From contig OZ246001.1 in NCBI GenBank assembly GCA_965230295.1, positions 3,136,001 through 3,200,000 on the forward strand: a stretch of DNA of 64,000 nucleotides, given 5' to 3'. Made by a program: the position numbers and the translations under genes. The notes under the pieces were generated by a model. It did not search any database and was not told the DNA's origin. It saw only the letters and a program-made list of their open reading frames with translations. Source of the stretch: Marinicella sp. (GTDB lineage: Bacteria; Pseudomonadota; Gammaproteobacteria; Xanthomonadales; Marinicellaceae). Of this stretch, positions 57,296-64,000 are shown piece after piece. How positions within the stretch are numbered: position 1 is the stretch's first letter; every line of letters starts with the position of its first letter.

Positions 57296-58780
57296 ATGAG
57301 CACAAAAGAACTGGTCGCAAAACTTTGGAACCTCTGTAACCTCCTCAGGGATGATGGAGTCACGTACCATGAATACATCAATGAACTGACCTTTTTAATA
57401 TTTTTAAAAATGGCCAAAGAAACCAGTACCGAAGAGGTTCTTCCTGAAGGTTATCGGTGGAGTGATCTAGTTGGTTATGATGCAGCCAGCCGATTAGAAG
57501 AGTACAAAAAAATGCTTATCCACCTAGGTTCTCATGGTTCTCAAGTCACAAAGTCAATCTATGCTAATGCAAACTCAGTGATCAGAAAACCTTCTACGTT
57601 GACAAAATTGGTCACTGAAATTGATAAACTGGATTGGTACAGTGCCAGAGAAGAAGGCCTTGGCGATATGTATGAAGGCCTCTTGGAAATCAATGCGACT
57701 GAGAAAAAATCCGGTGCCGGTCAGTATTTCACACCACGCGTATTGATTAATATGATGGTCGAATTGATGAAGCCAACATTAGAAGATGTCATCGTTGACC
57801 CAACAGCAGGAACCGGTGGATTTCTCATCAGTGCTCACCACTATTTAGATGAGCACAATGACATCGATTTGCTTGATGAAAAGGCATACGATAAATACCA
57901 GCACAGAACATTTTACGGAATGGAGCTGGTACCCGATGCCCGACGTCTGGCAATGATGAACCTGATGTTACACAAACTGGCTGTTAATGATGAAAACTCT
58001 GGGATCCTCTATGGTGATACGTTATCGAATGAAGGCAAGCAGCTTCCACAGGCCAGCCTAGTTTTAGCCAATCCACCCTTCGGAACCAAGATGGGTGGAG
58101 GTGTGCCAACGCGTGACGATTTGGTGCATTACACCAGTAACAAACAATTGGCCTTTTTACATTTAATCTACCACCGCATGCTCAAACCAGGTGGTAGAGC
58201 AGCCGTGGTCTTACCTGATAACGTTTTGTTTGAAGGTTCTACAGGAAAAACCATTCGCCAAGATCTGATGGATAAATGCAATTTGCACACCATTTTGCGA
58301 CTTCCCACCGGTATCTTTTATGCTGCAGGGGTGAAAACCAATGTGCTATTCTTTCAAAAATCTGCCAACCCCAATCAAGACAAAAACAACACCAAAAATG
58401 TTTGGGTCTACGACTTGCGTAACAATATGCCGCAATTCGGCAAACGCACTGTCCTAACCAAATCTCACTTCGATGAATTTTACCAAGCCGTTGGTAGTGA
58501 TCTCACAAAAGTTGATGACAAAGCCCGTGATCAATTTATCAAAAAGCACAAAGACGATACTGATGGTTGTCGCCTACGTTGTTTTACTCGAGAAGAAATT
58601 GCTCAAAAAGAAGACTCATTGGATCTTGCCTGGATACGAGATGATTCCACCGAATCTGCAGCTGATCTTCCTGAGCCTGATGTGTTAATTAATGAAGCCA
58701 TGGAAGAACTGGCAGGAGCGATGAAATATTTGAGGTTGATTTTGGCAGAGTTGGAAGAAAATGAAGGGGCCAATTTGTGA
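57296..58780 (+). CDS. hsdM: type I N6-adenine methyltransferase
   Basis: GQYFTPR, DPTAGTGGFL, ANPPFG, LRLPTGIFY. Confidence 0.96.
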   Translation: MSTKELVAKLWNLCNLLRDDGVTYHEYINELTFLIFLKMAKETSTEEVLPEGYRWSDLVGYDAASRLEEYKKMLIHLGSHGSQVTKSIYANANSVIRKPSTLTKLVTEIDKLDWYSAREEGLGDMYEGLLEINATEKKSGAGQYFTPRVLINMMVELMKPTLEDVIVDPTAGTGGFLISAHHYLDEHNDIDLLDEKAYDKYQHRTFYGMELVPDARRLAMMNLMLHKLAVNDENSGILYGDTLSNEGKQLPQASLVLANPPFGTKMGGGVPTRDDLVHYTSNKQLAFLHLIYHRMLKPGGRAAVVLPDNVLFEGSTGKTIRQDLMDKCNLHTILRLPTGIFYAAGVKTNVLFFQKSANPNQDKNNTKNVWVYDLRNNMPQFGKRTVLTKSHFDEFYQAVGSDLTKVDDKARDQFIKKHKDDTDGCRLRCFTREEIAQKEDSLDLAWIRDDSTESAADLPEPDVLINEAMEELAGAMKYLRLILAELEENEGANL

Positions 58781-60477
58781 GTAAGATTCCAGAAAATTGG
58801 TCATATTTAGCTTTAGACGAAGCTGCTCAATTAATTAGAGGTGTCAGCTATAAAAAAAGTGAATCTAGTATGCAGGATCAAAAAGGTTATTTGCCAATTT
58901 TGAGGGCAAATAACATACAAGATGGAAGATTGATTTTCAATGATTTGATTTTTGTACCCAAAGAAAAAATAAAGGACTCTCAACTAATAAAATTTGGTGA
59001 CGTTATCATTGCTATGTCTAGTGGTAGTAAAAAATTAGTTGGGAAAAGTGGAATTGCTAAATTTGACTACGAAGGAGCTTTTGGAGCATTTTGTGGGCTT
59101 TTAAGGCCAAACAAAAATCTCTGCATGCAATATGTAGGTTGGTTCACAAGAAGCAAAGAATACTCCCTGAAGGTTTCTTCATTATCTAAAGGTGTTAATA
59201 TTAACAATCTTAAGCCATCACATTTTAAAGAAATACAAGTACCATTAGCACCACTAAACGAACAAATCCGCATTGCCAAAAAGCTAGACTCTTTATTGAC
59301 CAAAGTCCAATCCGCCCAAGCCAAACTTGAAAAAATCCCAACCCTCCTTAATCGCTACTGTCAATCGGTATTGGCTGCTGCAACAACAGGTAAATTATCA
59401 AATAACAATAATTCGCTAGAGTTAGATAGCAAAGGATTTCCAAAAAACTGGACATATAAAAGATTTAAAGAGCTTGGTGAGTTATCAAGAGGTAAATCAA
59501 AACATAGACCACGAAATGACCCCAAATTATATGGAGGGGATTACCCATTTATTCAAACAGGAGCTGTTGCTCAATCAGATGGTTGGATTAAAAATCATAA
59601 TAAAACATATAGTGAGTTTGGGTTGAGCCAGAGTAGACTTTTTCCAGAAAATACACTTTGTATTACTATTGCAGCTAATATTGCAAACACAGCAATATTA
59701 ACTTATCCAGTTTGTTTTCCTGACAGTGTAGTTGGTTTTATTGCTGATGAGTCAATTTGTAATGAGATTTATATTAAATATCTTATTGATATATTTAAAG
59801 AAGACTTAGAGTTACTAGCCCCAGCAACAGCACAAAAAAACATTAATTTAGGTATTTTAAATTCATTGGACTTACCAGTCCCTTCTCTTGAGGAACAAAA
59901 AGAAATCGTCCGTCGTGTTGAAAATCTATTTTCACTTGCAGATCATGTAGAAAAACAATACCAAAAAGCCAAAACTCAAGTTGACCGACTCACTCAATCC
60001 ATCTTAGCAAAAGCCTTTCGCGGAGAACTCGTCCCTCAAGACCCTAATGATGAACCTGCTGAAAAGTTATTACAAAGAATTAAAGCAGAAAAAGACAAAC
60101 TAAAAAAAGTAACTAAAAAGACAACAAAGAAAAAAGTTATGAAAGATAAAAAGCAGAGTTTAAAAGAGTTAGATACAAATGTAAGCAAGCCATTTAAATT
60201 AAATGAAGCAATCAGTAGTCTTACAGTCATAGAACACAGCCCATGGCCAAATAATGAGAACTTTAAAAAGTTTAATTCTGTTGCTCATAACTTAATTGGA
60301 CAGGTTTTTACTATAGATCAGTTTAAAAATATGATTGGTTTTTCAGGGGATTTTGATGAATTAAAACGATTGGTTTTTTTCCTACTAAAAGGACATGACA
60401 ACAATAATCCGATTCTAGAGCTAGTTCATTGGTCAAAAGCTCCAGGAGAATACAAGTTTAGGGTTATTGAGAAATAG
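58777..60477 (+). CDS. hsdS: type I specificity subunit with a ~120-aa C-terminal extension
   Basis: Two TRDs with PLAPLNEQIRI and PSLEEQKEIV conserved regions; SILAKAFRGELVPQDPNDEPA; then a Lys-rich linker and an extra domain. Confidence 0.93.
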   Translation: MSKIPENWSYLALDEAAQLIRGVSYKKSESSMQDQKGYLPILRANNIQDGRLIFNDLIFVPKEKIKDSQLIKFGDVIIAMSSGSKKLVGKSGIAKFDYEGAFGAFCGLLRPNKNLCMQYVGWFTRSKEYSLKVSSLSKGVNINNLKPSHFKEIQVPLAPLNEQIRIAKKLDSLLTKVQSAQAKLEKIPTLLNRYCQSVLAAATTGKLSNNNNSLELDSKGFPKNWTYKRFKELGELSRGKSKHRPRNDPKLYGGDYPFIQTGAVAQSDGWIKNHNKTYSEFGLSQSRLFPENTLCITIAANIANTAILTYPVCFPDSVVGFIADESICNEIYIKYLIDIFKEDLELLAPATAQKNINLGILNSLDLPVPSLEEQKEIVRRVENLFSLADHVEKQYQKAKTQVDRLTQSILAKAFRGELVPQDPNDEPAEKLLQRIKAEKDKLKKVTKKTTKKKVMKDKKQSLKELDTNVSKPFKLNEAISSLTVIEHSPWPNNENFKKFNSVAHNLIGQVFTIDQFKNMIGFSGDFDELKRLVFFLLKGHDNNNPILELVHWSKAPGEYKFRVIEK

Positions 60478-61954
60478 TGTCATGTATTTAATGAGTTTGT
60501 TTTACAAAAGTAATTCTAATGCATTGAAAACATATGATTTCAATTTTTACACAGACAGGATCCACAGTAATAAAGTTGAACCGATTTGTTTAGTTGGGCT
60601 TAACGGATCGGGTAAATCAAAGTTAATTGAAATTATCGCTGAAATATTTTTTGTATTGGATGCCAATCGTCAAATGAAACATTCAACGGCTGACCAAAAG
60701 GCTTGTAAATCTGACTTTCGTATGACTTATCAGATTGGAATTATACCAAAAGAAAAAATAGTGAAAATTAAAGGTAGGTTTAGACAAACGCCAGAAGTAA
60801 CTGTTAATGACGAGCTACTCTCAGTCGAACACTACGGAGATATTCTTCCTAAACATATTGTTGGGTACTCTTCTGGGCATAATGAAACAATCAGTCCAAA
60901 ATTTTTCACCCTTAGGAAAAATGACTTAGCTAGAATGCGTAAGTCTATCGAAGACGATAAGTCAGAAAATCTTGATTTAACGAGAACACTTTTTCTTGAT
61001 AGAAACACCAGTATTTTGTTGTTAATAACAATATTTGTTTTTAATCAGGTTAAAGGAAAGTTAAACCCTTTTATCAAAAAAATTAACAAGCATCTTAAAT
61101 TAGATTCAATTTCAACCTTCCAAATATTAATCACAAATCTAAAAGGTACTATTCGTTTCTCCAGAAAAATGGAAGAAATAATCCTTAAACTAGAAAAGTG
61201 TTCATTATTAGATGAAACATCTATTGAAGATAATAATCGCAGTTATAGGTTTGAATTTTTTTTAAATGATGTATCAAGAAAGGCCTTTGTTGACCAATTC
61301 AAAACCCCTCAGGATCTTTTTAATGATTTATATGGACTACATAGCTTGAATCTTTTAGACGACTCTCAGAAGAATAGTATATTTAGAATTTCTGAAGAAG
61401 AAATTAAAGTGACTCTAAGTGAGCCACAGGTAGAGGCCACTTATAAAGATATGAGTGATGGTGAACATCAATTTATTCAAATTTTTGGCTCATCGTACAT
61501 CTTTGCCAATGACAATTCAATTTTTCTGTTTGATGAGCCAGAGAGTCATTTTAACCCAGTCTGGCGTGCTAAGTTTGTAAATATACTGAACGAGATTCTT
61601 GAAGACGATCTTAATGCGGCGGAATTTTTATTATCAACCCACTCGCCATATATTGTTTCTGCTTGTAAGAGAGAGAATGTATTTAAATTTAACAGAACTC
61701 AAGATGGGATTATTCATGAGTTTTTAGAAGATCAAACTTTTGGAGCATCATTTGATGTGTTGCTTGAAATGTTGTTTGATATGAAAGGACTTGTTTCGGA
61801 ATTGGCTAAAAGGAAAATGAAGGAGTTGGTAAGATCTGAAATACCAAGGGAGAAAAAAATAGAAAAATTAGAAAATGAATTCGGAGATTCATATGAGAAA
61901 AGACTGTTAATAAACATGTTAAACAAAGGATTGCTAGATGCTGTTTCCAGTTGA
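60467..61954 (+). CDS. ABC/AAA_21-type ATPase (restriction-system-associated, PtuA-like)
   Basis: GLNGSGKS, GYSSG.NE, MSDGEHQ signature, FLFDEPESHFNP, STHSP; start may be ATG 60482. Confidence 0.9.
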   Translation: MRNSVMYLMSLFYKSNSNALKTYDFNFYTDRIHSNKVEPICLVGLNGSGKSKLIEIIAEIFFVLDANRQMKHSTADQKACKSDFRMTYQIGIIPKEKIVKIKGRFRQTPEVTVNDELLSVEHYGDILPKHIVGYSSGHNETISPKFFTLRKNDLARMRKSIEDDKSENLDLTRTLFLDRNTSILLLITIFVFNQVKGKLNPFIKKINKHLKLDSISTFQILITNLKGTIRFSRKMEEIILKLEKCSLLDETSIEDNNRSYRFEFFLNDVSRKAFVDQFKTPQDLFNDLYGLHSLNLLDDSQKNSIFRISEEEIKVTLSEPQVEATYKDMSDGEHQFIQIFGSSYIFANDNSIFLFDEPESHFNPVWRAKFVNILNEILEDDLNAAEFLLSTHSPYIVSACKRENVFKFNRTQDGIIHEFLEDQTFGASFDVLLEMLFDMKGLVSELAKRKMKELVRSEIPREKKIEKLENEFGDSYEKRLLINMLNKGLLDAVSS

Positions 61955-63056
61955 AAAAGTTGATACAAACCTATCATATTTAAATGAAGTTCTTAAAAAT
62001 TTTATTTTGGCATCAATCAATGAGAACAGATATTACAAGAAAAAATTATTCCCGAAAGAGTTTTTAGTCGTACATGATAATAAGAGCAATGTAGTTGATA
62101 AAAAGTTTAAACAAGCTTTTTATTCCATAAAAAATCTAGATGGTCCAGAAAAACGAAGATTGAGAAGAATGTATTTTAATCAGCAAAGAGTAAAACGGCT
62201 GTGTAACTCATTAACTATTCCTATCATCTCTTTGGACAGCTTCCCCCCAAAGTTAATTGAATCATTGAAACAGTTAGGAGAGTATTTGTATTCGAGTGTA
62301 TTGAATCAAAAAGCATTCACAAATCTAGCAAATGTACAAGAAACATTAAGTGGACATTGGTCAAGATTCAAATTTGTCAATGGGAATGTGTGTTGCTTTT
62401 GTGGAATTAATGATTATGAAGAGCAATTAGCTAATGTACCAAACCAAAATCAATGGAAACCAGCATATGACCATTATTTGCCTAAATCGAAATACCCTTT
62501 TGCGGCAGTTTGTTTTGATAATCTCATTCCAGTATGTTTTCAATGTAATAGTAAGGCTAAACGAAGTTTAGACCCATGTTTTTGTAAAGATAAATTGCGA
62601 CATAAATCATTCTATCCCTACAGCAATTATAGAGATAAAAGATTGAAATTAAAGGCAAATATATCGGAAGTGGATTCTGAAAGCACTGTTTTTCTGGATG
62701 ATTTTTGGTCGGTTTATTTGTTTGATGAGCAAAGTTCACAATTAATTTCTTGGGATCGATTATTTGATGTAAAAAGAAGAGTAAAAGAGAGAGTTAATAG
62801 GAAATATTTATTATGGTTGGAAGAAATAATAGATAGTGGTTTTGAAACAATAACGAAATTAAAGGCAACCTTAAAAAGTAAATCAGTTTTCTTCGAAAAC
62901 AAAATAAGAGAACAAAGGGGCGCTTATCATAAAGCCATGTTATTCCAGGAATTGGAAGCATTATCAGATGAAATGTTACTTTCAATTACCAATTCAATAA
63001 GAAAGTTACCATCTGATGAAATTGAACTGATGAATCAATTTCAAGAGAGATTTTAG
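61938..63056 (+). CDS. HNH endonuclease (PtuB-like)
   Basis: CCFCG...YDHYLPKSKYPF...NLIPVCFQCNSKAK; overlaps the ATPase stop. Confidence 0.88.
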   Translation: MLFPVEKVDTNLSYLNEVLKNFILASINENRYYKKKLFPKEFLVVHDNKSNVVDKKFKQAFYSIKNLDGPEKRRLRRMYFNQQRVKRLCNSLTIPIISLDSFPPKLIESLKQLGEYLYSSVLNQKAFTNLANVQETLSGHWSRFKFVNGNVCCFCGINDYEEQLANVPNQNQWKPAYDHYLPKSKYPFAAVCFDNLIPVCFQCNSKAKRSLDPCFCKDKLRHKSFYPYSNYRDKRLKLKANISEVDSESTVFLDDFWSVYLFDEQSSQLISWDRLFDVKRRVKERVNRKYLLWLEEIIDSGFETITKLKATLKSKSVFFENKIREQRGAYHKAMLFQELEALSDEMLLSITNSIRKLPSDEIELMNQFQERF

Positions 63057-63095
63057 TGTGGCGAAATGCTTCAACAACTTTAATTGAGTAAATAT

Positions 63096-64000
63096 ATGGA
63101 ATTCATAGCAAATGCACTAAACGGAAATTTTTTAACCAATATACTTCCTACTGATGAAGATGAGGTCGAAGGGGTATTGGCTGCAATAGCTTATGGAGAT
63201 GATAAGCTCAACGATAATGATAGTTTACTGGGAAACTGTATATCAAATGGATTTAAGTTGGATATATGGATGAGGTATGACCACACTGTTCCAGTTAGTG
63301 TTAATCTATTGAAGAAACTACTGAGGTCTCATTCTAAAAATATTTATTGCAAATTGATACCCGATTGCTTGCACAGCAAACTCATTTGGTGGAAGGGGTA
63401 TGGAGCCTATATTGGTTCTGCAAATTTAACTCGAAGGGCTTGGTTTAATAATATTGAGACTGGATTGTTTTTGACAAACGAAGAGCTGATTGACAACTCT
63501 CTGGATATTCAATTCGAAGACTTTTTCGAAAATTTAGAAAACACCAAGCAAGCGTTTCCTCTTACCCAAGAAATCATTAATGAAATGCAAGAATTGCATA
63601 AGATAAGAGGCAATCGAGATCAAATAGGAAAAGATAAGCGTTCAAGCCCTTATTGGGGTGGACCTACTAACCTCGATAAGAAAAGTACCGCTGATAGAAG
63701 AAAAGCGAACTTCAAAAAAGAGTGGCTTGAAACATTAAGTTATCTTCGAGACATTGGAAACCAATTGAATGACTATCGACCCAGCTGGGTTAATGAAGAC
63801 ATTCCAGATGGATGGCATGCTGACCAGTTCCTTCATGCATATTATTATAATAAAGTCAGTGATGGTAGGCAGAGGCCTTACTGGAACTTTCATGAAAAGA
63901 ATAAAAGTAATCCACAGGCTGCACTTGTTGAGGCAATGAGGTGGTGGCAGAACGAACCAACACCACCCTCACATGAAGACAAAACATTGTACCAAAGTGC
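63096..64000 (+). CDS. PLD-superfamily (nuclease-like) protein, truncated by the window edge; missing from the ORF track
   Basis: Hand translation from ATG 63096: MEFIANALNG...LHSKLIWWKGYGAYIGSANLTRRAWFNNIETG (HxK...GSxN...N.E); open to 64000. Confidence 0.85.
   Translation, partial: MEFIANALNGNFLTNILPTDEDEVEGVLAAIAYGDDKLNDNDSLLGNCISNGFKLDIWMRYDHTVPVSVNLLKKLLRSHSKNIYCKLIPDCLHSKLIWWKGYGAYIGSANLTRRAWFNNIETGLFLTNEELIDNSLDIQFEDFFENLENTKQAFPLTQEIINEMQELHKIRGNRDQIGKDKRSSPYWGGPTNLDKKSTADRRKANFKKEWLETLSYLRDIGNQLNDYRPSWVNEDIPDGWHADQFLHAYYYNKVSDGRQRPYWNFHEKNKSNPQAALVEAMRWWQNEPTPPSHEDKTLYQS

Noticed and set aside
60467-63056. Retron (Ec78-like)
   Set aside because: No reverse transcriptase or msr-msd-like region within the window; one beyond the right edge cannot be excluded.
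1-64000. Prophage, integron or ICE
   Set aside because: No integrase, phage structural or conjugation genes and no attC-like array recognised.

Overview
Chromosomal window from a moderately AT-rich gammaproteobacterium. The tmRNA tag ANDDNYALAA, the many secreted proteins with a D-x-I-F-x-[ND]-G-F-E motif, the ECF/Ser-Thr kinase pair and the DUF6502-like genes suggest a Marinicella/Xanthomonadales-like lineage (inference). From left to right: small Cys-rich secreted proteins and a MarR-GNAT pair around ssrA; a hybrid two-component sensor; three very large surface proteins; DUF1800-DUF1501-cytochrome c bracketed by an inverted pair of modular structured repeats; LytS/LytTR; two DUF6502-like HTH genes; a RAYT-like HUH transposase; a ~5 kb accessory island with a pseudo-helicase/KAP NTPase fusion; a DUF805-FAD oxidase-methyltransferase fusion; and a defence cluster (type I R-M, ABC ATPase, HNH nuclease, PLD protein) running off the right edge. 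Best candidates for something undescribed: (1) a ~300-nt RNA with 14 GGA motifs, mostly in hairpin loops (CsrB/Rsm-like), fused to the 3' end of a DUF6502 gene; (2) a RAYT whose AAGGACAGGCA end motif recurs elsewhere, usually with nested duplications of the adjacent flank; (3) a catalytically dead HsdR-like motor fused to a membrane KAP NTPase; (4) a type I R-M system with an extended HsdS coupled to an ATPase/HNH pair; (5) the IFxNGFE tag, which replaces the barrel of an autotransporter-like passenger. All family calls come from reading motifs by eye; no database searches were run.
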